Source: Caedibacter taeniospiralis (GTDB lineage Bacteria > Pseudomonadota > Gammaproteobacteria > Francisellales > Francisellaceae). From it: a stretch of DNA of 32,000 nucleotides. The DNA lies in NCBI RefSeq assembly GCF_002803295.2, contig NZ_PGGB02000003.1, positions 30,210 through 62,209 of the forward strand, written 5' to 3'. The translations under genes were made by a program, and so were the position numbers. Shown in pieces: positions 9,650 to 18,517 of the stretch; within the stretch, counting starts at the first letter, position 1, and each line of letters opens with the position of its first letter. A model generated the notes under the pieces. It did not search any database. It saw nothing but the letters and a program-made list of their open reading frames with translations, and had not been told where the DNA came from.

Positions 9650-9898
9650 TGATTAAATTAGATTTTATGCTCGCGCTAGTATATACCAACCACAAAGCAT
9701 TTTGCAGTATTTTAGCGTCTAATAAGGTGATGACAATATCTTCGCCCATGATGACGCATTGCGTAGGGGGTGTATTGCATACGCCCTTGCAAAAATGGGC
9801 GGAAATTCTGTCAAGCTCTCCAATTTCAGGCAAAATGGGCTTGAATTTGGCAAGGTGCAAAGTCGTGGAAATTGGTGCAACTCAATCATTTTGTTACC

Positions 9899-10339
9899 CT
9901 ATTCATCATGCCCCTTATCTTTATCCAAATCGTTTTTTTGTTGTGTGCGGTAGTGATTCAGATCGATAACATTATTCGCATGGGTCGAAAGATTTTTCGT
10001 CCCTACTTCCGTCACCGTTACCTTTTGCTCATTGGATATCACCTGCAAAAAATGATTTCCATTGAACTGTAAAAACGCCCTGTAGCGATCAACCCCATCA
10101 TCGCTATACTCAAACGCATATTCACGAAATAAGCACATACTGCCAATATCACTTTGCCTCGACAATCTGATCTTCGTTAAGCAGACCGTATCATCCAACA
10201 ACTGAACATCCCATTGTTTCACCACCTTTAATGCGGTATGTATAGCAAACTCACGCGCGCGCATGGCGCTTCGCCATCCTAAAATAACAACCACCACAAT
10301 AATCATTGCCACAGCAATACCGATACTCATATTAGCCAA
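9899..10339 (-). CDS. DUF3301-like inner-membrane-anchored protein
   Basis: 146 aa. N-terminal TM segment IGIAVAMIIVVVVILGW, then AREFA...QLLDDTVCL...REYAFEYSDDGVDRY, which matches my memory of the DUF3301 pattern. The family call is from recall only. Confidence 0.55.
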   Translation of the reverse strand: MANMSIGIAVAMIIVVVVILGWRSAMRAREFAIHTALKVVKQWDVQLLDDTVCLTKIRLSRQSDIGSMCLFREYAFEYSDDGVDRYRAFLQFNGNHFLQVISNEQKVTVTEVGTKNLSTHANNVIDLNHYRTQQKNDLDKDKGHDE

Positions 10340-10341
10340 GC

Positions 10342-11088
10342 CTACTTTTGATTAAGGTTATTTAAAATAACCGTCGCACGTTGCCCCGTATCAGGTACGG
10401 TCACTAGACCATTTTTGGTGTCATATAGCACCTTATCACCAGAAAAACGATTCCCCGCACGATCGACATGGGCTTTAGTTTGGATTGTTAATATGCTGTT
10501 AAGCAAATTAAAATCCATTTGTCTGCCTTCTGCATACATCGTTTCCTGGTCTGATGAAGCTTGTTTGGTTTTTGCCTCTTTTGGAAATGGTAAGGAGTAG
10601 AATTTAGCCATATAGGGATCCGTTGACGTCAAAGTAACCTCCTTGAGCTGCCTGTTTTGATCATCAAATAAAAGCGTTAAAATTTGCCCTGAAAGAAAAC
10701 GACAACCATTTTGTTTTTTGCATACCTCTTTGGCATAGTCTAGAGACTGCTGCTGAAGCTTTTGATAATCAACATTTTGCAACGGAAATTGATACACTGA
10801 CCATTTGCTGTTTTCATTGGGAACATTATGACCACCGCATTGAATATTGGCATTTTTAGTTTGCATTACCAACACATTACCTTGATAAATCATTTTATGT
10901 GCATCCTGGCTATAAGATAAGCTATCACTGCAAATGGTGATTGGACCGTCTCCTGTCGCATTTTTGCCAAACATTCCTGCGGCATCCATGCTAGCCTCAC
11001 TGCTTTGTGCAAAGGATACTCCCATGCTCAACAGAGAAAGGCTTAAAAGCAATAAAGCGCCAGGCTTACATCGTTTACTGTCCTGCAT
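10342..11088 (-). CDS. lptA: LptA-like periplasmic LPS transport protein (OstA N-terminal-type fold, longer than the E. coli protein)
   Basis: 248 aa with a signal peptide (ALLLLSLSLLSMGVSFAQS). OstA-like strands ITICSDSLSYSQDAHKMIYQGNVLVMQ and GDKVLYDTKNGLVTV. Position immediately after lptC with a 14-nt overlap. Confidence 0.65.
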   Translation of the reverse strand: MQDSKRCKPGALLLLSLSLLSMGVSFAQSSEASMDAAGMFGKNATGDGPITICSDSLSYSQDAHKMIYQGNVLVMQTKNANIQCGGHNVPNENSKWSVYQFPLQNVDYQKLQQQSLDYAKEVCKKQNGCRFLSGQILTLLFDDQNRQLKEVTLTSTDPYMAKFYSLPFPKEAKTKQASSDQETMYAEGRQMDFNLLNSILTIQTKAHVDRAGNRFSGDKVLYDTKNGLVTVPDTGQRATVILNNLNQK

Positions 11089-11656
11089 AATAACTTCTGA
11101 CCTCTTTTAATAATTTAAAATCACCTTTTTTAGGTGCGCTAATCATCCCAATACCAACGGTATTATTCGGTGTGCCTGGTTGACTAATAATAACCTTTTG
11201 ATCTGTAGTCAAATTATCCTGATAATTATCATAATCAACCACATCCGTCATCATTTTTATTGCAGGTGAATTTTTGCCATTTGCCTTACGCTGCATGATA
11301 ACATTGCCATACAATCGAATATTATTATTGCTATTAGTAATATCGGCATAGTCAGAAGTAATATGCCAGGGTTTATCTTCAGGTTTTTTTGCATAAAAAA
11401 CAGCACTCACCCCATCCAATTTGGCATCCTGGTTATAAAAGCGCTTTGAGTCTTTAGCGGTTGCTGTATATTGCAGCCGACCACTTTGATTATATTTTTC
11501 ATAAACAAGATCTTGTGCTGTATTTTCAACAAAATGTGCGGGTAAATCTCCATGACTGATCTGCTCTTGTGCTGATTTCACCACAAGCCAGCCGCTGGAG
11601 CCAATGACAGTTACTAGTCCAATCGTTGTAAAAAACACGCGTTTACTAAAAAACAT
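11075..11656 (-). CDS. lptC: LPS export system protein LptC
   Basis: 193 aa. Single N-terminal anchor (FFTTIGLVTVIGSSGWLVV), beta-jellyroll-like repeats (PWHITSDYADI...IRLYGNVIM). Canonical position between kdsC and lptA. Confidence 0.75.
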   Translation of the reverse strand: MFFSKRVFFTTIGLVTVIGSSGWLVVKSAQEQISHGDLPAHFVENTAQDLVYEKYNQSGRLQYTATAKDSKRFYNQDAKLDGVSAVFYAKKPEDKPWHITSDYADITNSNNNIRLYGNVIMQRKANGKNSPAIKMMTDVVDYDNYQDNLTTDQKVIISQPGTPNNTVGIGMISAPKKGDFKLLKEVRSYYAGQ

Positions 11657-12207
11657 TACCCTCGCACCTCACCAAAGGTGATGAAGTCTTGAAGCACTAC
11701 CTGATAAACGCCTTTGGCATCAAGAATCAAATCGCAGATTTCCCTGACCGCACCCTGACCACCTTTACTAAGCGTTACATAATCGACTTTAGATTTAACA
11801 ATGGCTACAGCGTCACTTGGCGCAAACGTCACCAGAGATTTTGCCATGATGGCTAAATCAGGCAGATCATCACCCATATAAGCTACTTCGTAGGGAGTAA
11901 ATTCATATTTAGCTAACAGATCGTCAAATGCCTGAAGCTTATTCTTTTGTCCTTGATAGACATCTTTAACGCCTAGTGCCATGAGTCTAGTCTCAACAAT
12001 TTTTGAAGTTTTCCCCGTAATGACCGCAAGCTTAATCCCAAATTTCTGCAGCAACAGCATCCCTAAACCATCTTTAACATCAAAGTTTTTGATTTCATTA
12101 CCATCGTTACCAAGAATAATTTTCCCATCGGTTAGAACACCATCAACGTCCAATATTAACAGTTTAATTTCCGCGAGCTTTTCTTTTAATTTGGAGTCAA
12201 TCATCAC
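11656..12207 (-). CDS. kdsC: 3-deoxy-D-manno-octulosonate 8-phosphate phosphatase (HAD IIIA)
   Basis: 183 aa. Motifs: LILDVDGVLTDG, VITGK, YMGDDLPD. Confidence 0.9.
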   Translation of the reverse strand: MMIDSKLKEKLAEIKLLILDVDGVLTDGKIILGNDGNEIKNFDVKDGLGMLLLQKFGIKLAVITGKTSKIVETRLMALGVKDVYQGQKNKLQAFDDLLAKYEFTPYEVAYMGDDLPDLAIMAKSLVTFAPSDAVAIVKSKVDYVTLSKGGQGAVREICDLILDAKGVYQVVLQDFITFGEVRG

Positions 12208-12273
12208 AAGGCACGAGTACTATAGAAATTTTGGCACAGTATAGCAGCTTTTCAACGCAGGCAACAAACGCTT

Positions 12274-13692
12274 TTAGCCATTCCCAAAGAGGGACTTAAA
12301 CCATTTAAATCGCCTGCCATAAGGCGGGTAAAGTAGGGTTGCTGTATTAATCCGTCCACGCTGAAAAATGGATTGGACATTACTAAAGTTCTGAAACCCC
12401 TCAAACCCGTGATAACGCCCCATCCCCGAGGCGCCAACCCCACCAAAGGGCAAATCGTGTTGAGCGATATGGTTTAACAGATCATTAATGCACATGCCTC
12501 CACTTGAAATGGATCGTGTCATATATTCCTGTTGCATTTTATCGTGACTAAACAAGTAACAGGCAAGTGGTTTGGGCTTACGGTTGATATAGCTGACAAC
12601 CTCATCAAGCGTTTTATAACTTAACACGGGCAATAGCGGACCAAAGATCTCTTCTTTCATTACGTTAAGTTCATCATCTGGATTGACTAATAAAGTCAGA
12701 GGAAACTTTCTTATTTCAATACTCTCAAGGCTTGCTTCTGATAAGGGTATGATGCTTATCTTTGCTTCTTTAGCCTCTATCAAATAATGCTGTAATCGCT
12801 CAAATTGCTGCAGGTTAATGATAGAACCATAGTTTTTATTGTGATTGAAATCCTGATACATGTCATTGAAAGCTTTTTTCATAGCACAAACAAAGTCATC
12901 AAGCTTACGCTCATAGATAAAGACATAATCAGGGGCAATACAGGTTTGTCCAGCATTAAGCCCCTTGGCAAAAGCAATCATTTTTGCTGCCTTATCTAAC
13001 GGGAATTGCGCATCAATAATCAGGGGAGATTTGCCACCTAGCTCTAAAGTGGCAGGGGTTAAATTTAAAGCGGCTGCTTGCATCACTTTTTTAGCCACTC
13101 TGGTTGAGCCCGTAAAAAATAAATGGTCAAATGGCAGCTGACTAAACTCCTGCGCAATCTCTGACTCACCTGTTATCACTGCGACTTCATCAATAGTAAA
13201 ACAATCCTGGCAAATACGCCTGATCACTGCATTCGTGTGCGGCGTAAATTCCGACATTTTGATACAGACTCGGTTCCCCGCAGCAATGGCATATACCAGG
13301 GGTGATAAGCTCAACAATATGGGGTAATTCCATGGCACCATAATCCCCACCACCCCCAGTGGCTGATAACAAACATAGCTTCTAGCGGGTTGGAAAATAA
13401 GACTGGTATGGCGCTTGTGCTTTTTCATCCATTGACGTAAGTTTTTTACCACATACCTGATAGTAGAGGTGATTTGAAAAATCTCACTTATCCAGGTTTG
13501 CTCATGGCAGCGATGTCCAAAATCTCTACTCACCGCAGCGGCAAGCTCTTCTTCATGCTTTACAATCTCATACAGCAGTTGTTTTAATTTTCCTTTGCGC
13601 AATCGATATTCAGGGTAACGATATAAAACGTAAGACTTTTGCTGCAAATTAAAAATGGCGTTCAGCTGCTGCTTTTGACTAAGATGATCCAT
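12274..13692 (-). CDS. NAD(P)-dependent aldehyde dehydrogenase (ALDH3/coniferyl-aldehyde-dehydrogenase-like)
   Basis: Motifs: LELGGKSP, catalytic Cys in GQTCIAPDY, EEIFGP. The 518-aa ORF is trimmed to the ATG at 13692 (MDHLSQKQQL..., 472 aa), which removes the overlap with trhO. An alternative start exists at 13725. Confidence 0.85.
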   Translation of the reverse strand: MDHLSQKQQLNAIFNLQQKSYVLYRYPEYRLRKGKLKQLLYEIVKHEEELAAAVSRDFGHRCHEQTWISEIFQITSTIRYVVKNLRQWMKKHKRHTSLIFQPARSYVCYQPLGVVGIMVPWNYPILLSLSPLVYAIAAGNRVCIKMSEFTPHTNAVIRRICQDCFTIDEVAVITGESEIAQEFSQLPFDHLFFTGSTRVAKKVMQAAALNLTPATLELGGKSPLIIDAQFPLDKAAKMIAFAKGLNAGQTCIAPDYVFIYERKLDDFVCAMKKAFNDMYQDFNHNKNYGSIINLQQFERLQHYLIEAKEAKISIIPLSEASLESIEIRKFPLTLLVNPDDELNVMKEEIFGPLLPVLSYKTLDEVVSYINRKPKPLACYLFSHDKMQQEYMTRSISSGGMCINDLLNHIAQHDLPFGGVGASGMGRYHGFEGFQNFSNVQSIFQRGRINTATLLYPPYGRRFKWFKSLFGNG

Positions 13693-13696
13693 ATGA

Positions 13697-14701
13697 TTAG
13701 CTGAAGGATGTGACAATGGCAGCATTTTCCTGACGATTTCTTTCACGCTTTTCAAGTTTTTGCACTTTGCGTAACTTTGCCGCCTCTTTAGCTTCCTCAC
13801 CAATATGTGACTCACCACGCTCACGAGCAAGCTGACTCTGCTTTTCGCGCTCTAAAAAGCGCTTTCTTTGCTCTGAAGTATGATGTCCCTTGCAATGATG
13901 GCAAGAAACGCCTTGTGCATATTCAGGCTTCAACTTATCTTCCTCGGTAATCGGACGCCTGCAGGCATAACATTGATCATATTGTCCTTTCTCCAGCTCA
14001 TGCGTGACCGCAACGCGCGAATCAAATACAAAGCACTCGCCCTGCCATAAACTTTCTGTCACAGGAACCTCTTCCAGATATTTTAAAATGCCACCTTCAA
14101 GATGATAGACCTCATCAAAACCCTGCTCTTTTAAGTATGCCGTTGACTTTTCACAGCGAATGCCGCCTGTACAAAACATCGCTACTTTTTTGTGCTTTGT
14201 TTTATCTAAATTCTTCTTAACAAACTCTGGAAATTCTCTAAAAGTCTCAGTCTGCGGATTAATGGCATTTTTAAAAGTGCCAATAGCGACTTCGTAATCA
14301 TTGCGTGTATCCACTAATAAGACCTCTGGATCTGAAATAAGCGCATTCCAGTCACACGGCTTAATGTAAGTCCCACAGACCTTTAGTGGATCAAGTCCTT
14401 CAATGCCCAAAGTCACAATTTCTTTCTTAAGTTTTACTTTAGCGCGATTAAACGGAATATGGTCATCACAAGATTCTTTGTGTGAAATATCCGCCAGGCG
14501 GGAATCAGATTGTAGAAATTTCAGCACGGCATCAATTCCTTCTTTGATGCCCGCAATCGTACCATTAATTCCTTCTCTGGCTAACAGCAACGTGCCACGC
14601 ACCCGATTATCCTCCATCACTTTTAGCAATGGTGTTCTTATTTCCTCAAAATCTTCCAACGTCACAAACTTATACATCGCAGAGACTACGTACTTTGACA
14701 T
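13697..14701 (-). CDS. trhO: rhodanese-domain tRNA uridine(34) hydroxylase (UPF0176/YceA family)
   Basis: 334 aa. N-terminal [10 protein letters not shown]...[14 protein letters not shown], rhodanese active-site loop [11 protein letters not shown], and a C-terminal Cys-rich, Lys/Glu-rich tail. Confidence 0.85.
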   Translation of the reverse strand: MSKYVVSAMYKFVTLEDFEEIRTPLLKVMEDNRVRGTLLLAREGINGTIAGIKEGIDAVLKFLQSDSRLADISHKESCDDHIPFNRAKVKLKKEIVTLGIEGLDPLKVCGTYIKPCDWNALISDPEVLLVDTRNDYEVAIGTFKNAINPQTETFREFPEFVKKNLDKTKHKKVAMFCTGGIRCEKSTAYLKEQGFDEVYHLEGGILKYLEEVPVTESLWQGECFVFDSRVAVTHELEKGQYDQCYACRRPITEEDKLKPEYAQGVSCHHCKGHHTSEQRKRFLEREKQSQLARERGESHIGEEAKEAAKLRKVQKLEKRERNRQENAAIVTSFS

Positions 14702-15001
14702 GACTATACCCTTTTTATTTCTTATTCAAAAACCAGCTATTTATCTTGATCAGATGAGTAACGCAACTACAACATTCTCTTTACGGTACGGCATCCATCA
14801 AAGGTGATGCGCATTATACACCATTTCATCTAAACACCAAACCTTATCCCAACGGTCAAAGCATCGCAGAAATTCCTTAATGTTATCTGTTGCGTACTTT
14901 TACGCTTATGCGCTTGTATGGCTAGAGGATAAAATGGTTTTACTTTATACTGAATTTGCGTTCAATTTTTGAAAACGCATTATGATCAAAATGGGAAAAC
15001 T

Positions 15002-16198
15002 ATGTTACACATCAAAGCCTCAGCTTCGGCAAAGGTTATTTTTATCTTTATTATTATGGTAACGTCAATGCTTGGCATTTTTGTTTCCGACATCTATGTC
15101 CCTTCATTGCCAAGCATTAGCGAGGACTTCGGCACAGGGACACATTTACTGGCTTTTAGTGTCACTTACTACTTTATTGTCTTTGCCTCTTCACAGCTGA
15201 TCTATGGACCCTTATCTGAGCGTTTTGGTCGGCGTAAAATTTTCTTATCAGGACTTGGCATAAGTATTATCGGCACACTTATTACCGTATTTAGTGTGAA
15301 CTTTACAATGCTCATGACTGGGCGGACCTTTGAGGCTATTGGCATGGCAGCACCCATGTCGCTAGGACGCGTGATTTTACGTGACGTGATTCCAGAGAAA
15401 ATCAAGTATGCCCGCTTTATGTCGTTTATGGGCATTGGCACATTAATGGCTCCTGTTATTGCACCAATTTTTGGCGCTTTTTTGGCACACGCTTATCACT
15501 GGCGTGCTGATTTTATCTTTATCCTAACGTTGAGCTTGATCTGCTATATTGGCGCTTACTTGTATCTCATTGAAACACTTCTTAACCCCAAGAAGCGTCT
15601 TTCTGCCAAACTATCGTTGCAAACCTACGCCTGGGTCATTAAAAACAAAGCCTTCATTAAAAATACGATCATCTCAAGTACCGTCATGGGTGCTATTATC
15701 GCCTACTTATCGCTGAGCGCTTTTCTATTTCAGCACTATTTCGGTTTAAGCGAAATCGATTATGCGATCATCTTTGGTCTCGGTGAGGCATTTATTGCCG
15801 TTGGCATGTTTGCCAATGCCATGGCACTAAAATACATTTCGATTGAAAGTGCACAAGTTTTAGCCGTTTTGCTATTTTTACTTTCAGGTATTTTAATCAC
15901 TATTCAGGCGGTATTTTTTACTCAAAATCTTCTGTTTATTACGTTTGCCGTGATTATTTTTAACTTTGCAGCAGGGGTTGTTTTTCCAACCAGCAGCACC
16001 TTAGCCATCGTCACCTTCAAAGCACGCTTAGGAGCTGTTGGCAGTTTATATGGTTGCATTAGCATGCTTGCTGCAGGATTAATCAGTGGTATTGCCCTTT
16101 CAATACCACTAACTCCCAATCTGTTAATTGCACTACTTATCTTAGTGATGTCACTAGTGGCTGTCTTTGTTCTTTTTGCTATGCCTGACAAAGCATGA
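15002..16198 (+). CDS. MFS drug:H+ antiporter (Bcr/CflA-like)
   Basis: About 12 predicted TM segments. MFS motif A is GPLSERFGRRK. I prefer the ATG at 15002 to the TTG at 14969 used in the ORF track; the start is uncertain. Confidence 0.8.
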   Translation: MLHIKASASAKVIFIFIIMVTSMLGIFVSDIYVPSLPSISEDFGTGTHLLAFSVTYYFIVFASSQLIYGPLSERFGRRKIFLSGLGISIIGTLITVFSVNFTMLMTGRTFEAIGMAAPMSLGRVILRDVIPEKIKYARFMSFMGIGTLMAPVIAPIFGAFLAHAYHWRADFIFILTLSLICYIGAYLYLIETLLNPKKRLSAKLSLQTYAWVIKNKAFIKNTIISSTVMGAIIAYLSLSAFLFQHYFGLSEIDYAIIFGLGEAFIAVGMFANAMALKYISIESAQVLAVLLFLLSGILITIQAVFFTQNLLFITFAVIIFNFAAGVVFPTSSTLAIVTFKARLGAVGSLYGCISMLAAGLISGIALSIPLTPNLLIALLILVMSLVAVFVLFAMPDKA

Positions 16199-16729
16199 AG
16201 CAAGGTGGTCATTCACCATCCCCGTGGCTTGCATAAACGCATAACAAATAGTCTTTCCCACAAATGTAAACCCTTGAGATTTTATCCATTTACTCATCAA
16301 CATCGATTCATGGATAAAGGCAGGAACTTTATCGGTTGTAGAATAGATGACTTGAGTTTTTGGCGCAAACTGCCACAACGCATCAACCATTGACAGAGTT
16401 TGAGACAGCTTAAGCCACTGTCTTGCATTATTAATCACGCTATTCATTTTTAACCGATTGCGAATAAGCCCAGGATCTTGCATCAGCCTTTCGACATCAT
16501 GTTCAGTCATTTGCACGACTTTAGCGATTTCAAAATTATAAAAAGAGTTTCTATAGTTTTCTCGACGTTTTAAAATCGTCTGCCAGCTTAAGCCTGCTTG
16601 CGCACCTTCAAGACATAAAAACTCAAATAAGCGCTGCTCATCATAAACCGCCATACCCCATTCATAATCGTGGTAGGCTTGCATTTGTTTATTTGAGTCA
16701 GCCCAAGGACAACGTTGTTGTGCCATCAT
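16154..16729 (-). CDS. tag: DNA-3-methyladenine glycosylase I
   Basis: 191 aa. Motifs: CPW, YHDYEWG, CLEGAQAGLSWQTILKRRENYR, MVNDHL..C. Collinear with E. coli Tag as I recall it. Confidence 0.9.
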   Translation of the reverse strand: MMAQQRCPWADSNKQMQAYHDYEWGMAVYDEQRLFEFLCLEGAQAGLSWQTILKRRENYRNSFYNFEIAKVVQMTEHDVERLMQDPGLIRNRLKMNSVINNARQWLKLSQTLSMVDALWQFAPKTQVIYSTTDKVPAFIHESMLMSKWIKSQGFTFVGKTICYAFMQATGMVNDHLASCFVRHSKKNKDSH

Positions 16730-17370
16730 TTTTGCGTCCCTTGTAGTGCTAAACGAATCAGACTCTCCACATTATTTGCCTCGGTTTTAACTTGATGTAC
16801 ATATTTCTCCGCTTCTTTGCGTTTGTAACCCAATGCTTCAAGCGCATCCACTGCCTGATGCACCATTGAGTTTGCATGATAACCATCACTTGCTGATGGC
16901 ATAAGATTTTGCTCATTTTGCGTGCTATGTACCCTATTTTGTGTTAGTGCATCTAGCTCAAGCATAAGTTTTGTTATCTTATCTTTCATCTCAATGACAA
17001 TGCGCTCAGCTGTTTTTTTACCCACCCCTGGAATGGTACACAAAAGCCCATGATCCTGTGCTTCAATACATTGAACAAAGGTTATTCCATCCATACCAGA
17101 GAGAATAGCCAGTGACATTTTAGCACCAATACCATTGATCTTAATGAGCTCCTGAAACAATCGTCGATCTGATTTTGTGGCAAAGCCGTAAAGCTGTTGC
17201 ACATCCTCACGCACGATAAAATGTGTATGCAATACGACTTCTTGCCCAATATCTCCCAGTTTATAAATTGAGCTCATCGGCACCCATATTTCGTAGCCAA
17301 CGCCACCTGCTTCAACTAATATCAACGGAGGCTGTTTTTCTATAAGCTCTCCTCTTACGCGTCCAATCAT
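16726..17370 (-). CDS. ruvA: Holliday junction branch migration complex subunit RuvA
   Basis: 214 aa. [28 protein letters not shown], and HhH motifs [14 protein letters not shown] and [13 protein letters not shown]. Confidence 0.95.
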   Translation of the reverse strand: MIGRVRGELIEKQPPLILVEAGGVGYEIWVPMSSIYKLGDIGQEVVLHTHFIVREDVQQLYGFATKSDRRLFQELIKINGIGAKMSLAILSGMDGITFVQCIEAQDHGLLCTIPGVGKKTAERIVIEMKDKITKLMLELDALTQNRVHSTQNEQNLMPSASDGYHANSMVHQAVDALEALGYKRKEAEKYVHQVKTEANNVESLIRLALQGTQK

Positions 17371-17882
17371 CTTAAACGTCCTCGTACTATTTTTGTCGCC
17401 CCTGGAATAAACTGAAGACTATTGCGACTGTGAAAATGACAAATCGCAATCGCTAAAGCGTCAGCAGCATCCGCTTGGGGTTTACTGCTTAATTGCAAAA
17501 AGGATTGTACCATGTGCTGCACTTGAAATTTTGTCGCGTTACCATTACCGACTACGGATTGTTTAACCTGCTTTGCGGAGTATTCGTGTACCATTAAATC
17601 CTGATTTGCCAAGGCACAGATCGCTACCCCTCGCGCCTGTCCCAATTTCAAAGCAGCACCTGGATTCTGAAACATAAAGATCTGCTCAATTGCCGCTTCA
17701 GTTGGCTGATAGGCACGAACGATTTCTTCAACACCATCCTGAATCTGCTTTAAGCGCTCAGCAGTGGTTTCTTTGGTAATTCGAATACAACCACTAGTCA
17801 CATACAGGCATTCCCTCGCTTCTGCCTTGATAACTCCAAAACCTGTGATTCTTGATCCTGGGTCAATGCCTAAAATAATCAT
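17367..17882 (-). CDS. ruvC: crossover junction endodeoxyribonuclease RuvC
   Basis: Canonical N-terminus [18 protein letters not shown]. The ORF track's 15 extra N-terminal codons are rejected. The ATG at 17882-17880 forms an ATGA overlap with the upstream stop. Confidence 0.95.
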   Translation of the reverse strand: MIILGIDPGSRITGFGVIKAEARECLYVTSGCIRITKETTAERLKQIQDGVEEIVRAYQPTEAAIEQIFMFQNPGAALKLGQARGVAICALANQDLMVHEYSAKQVKQSVVGNGNATKFQVQHMVQSFLQLSSKPQADAADALAIAICHFHSRNSLQFIPGATKIVRGRLR

Positions 17883-18517
17883 GCAAGTTTTTCCAATTGC
17901 ACAATCCAAGCGTTGAACACATGGCACTCCTGACAGATTGTATCCAAACCAATATCCAGGCTAATTAAGGAACCATGAAGCACCTTATCATAGGAGCTGC
18001 ACACTTTTAAAAGTCGTTTTGAAGGTGCGGTTTGCACACCATCGTTGATATGTTCTGGCGTTATAAACTCAGAACTAATTTTAGTCAATTCACTGACCAC
18101 ACCTTTATCATCAAACCAGTTGGCAAAAACTTGAGGCGCACTAAACAATAGTCCTTCAAATTCATGGGCAGTCAAGTTTGCAATAAAGTTGGGTTGAGCA
18201 ATATCATTCTGAAATACCTTACTGGCGGCTTTAACATTGCCAATTGAATCTGCTGTTTTGGTAAATGGCGGAAAGTCTTTGGGCAAAGCGTAATAGTCAA
18301 TGAACGTGGTGATATAAGCTTTGCTGTCTTCTTTACATTTTTGCAAAACCTGCTGTTTCACTTTACCATAACTAACTACACCCCCCTTACCTTGAGATGA
18401 TGTGCGTAAGACAATGGGGTTGATAACAATATTCAAACGTTCAAAATATGGTTGCAGTAGCTCACGAACAAAGCTTTCTTCCGTTTGCCCTTCGCAGAAA
18501 ATATATACTCGAGTCAT
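17879..18517 (-). CDS. DUF4276-like protein (possible TOPRIM-like nuclease partner of the upstream ATPase)
   Basis: 212 aa from the ATG at 18517 ([21 protein letters not shown]...). It has the N-terminal strand plus invariant-Glu pattern I associate with DUF4276, a later HEFEGLLFS, and a size in the range I recall for the family. There are ATGA overlaps at both ends (18514-18517 with the ATPase stop, 17879-17882 with the ruvC start). The family call is from recall, not a search. Confidence 0.6.
   Translation of the reverse strand: MTRVYIFCEGQTEESFVRELLQPYFERLNIVINPIVLRTSSQGKGGVVSYGKVKQQVLQKCKEDSKAYITTFIDYYALPKDFPPFTKTADSIGNVKAASKVFQNDIAQPNFIANLTAHEFEGLLFSAPQVFANWFDDKGVVSELTKISSEFITPEHINDGVQTAPSKRLLKVCSSYDKVLHGSLISLDIGLDTICQECHVFNAWIVQLEKLA

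Noticed and set aside
9516-9969. Mutually overlapping ORFs (114, 130 and 64 aa) in and around the parA upstream spacer
   Set aside because: They overlap each other and the parA and DUF3301 genes in different frames. They have no SD and odd Cys/His-rich composition. The region is better explained as the parA promoter/operator spacer.
13693-13830. 46-codon N-terminal extension of the aldehyde dehydrogenase ORF
   Set aside because: It would overlap the 3' end of trhO by more than 130 nt. The ATG at 13692 gives a 472-aa protein of typical ALDH length. The intermediate ATG at 13725 cannot be excluded.
17883-17927. 15-codon N-terminal extension of the ruvC ORF ([15 protein letters not shown]...)
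   Set aside because: RuvC proteins begin [10 protein letters not shown], and the internal ATG at 17882 gives exactly that plus an ATGA junction with the upstream stop. The extension would overlap the DUF4276 gene by 49 nt.
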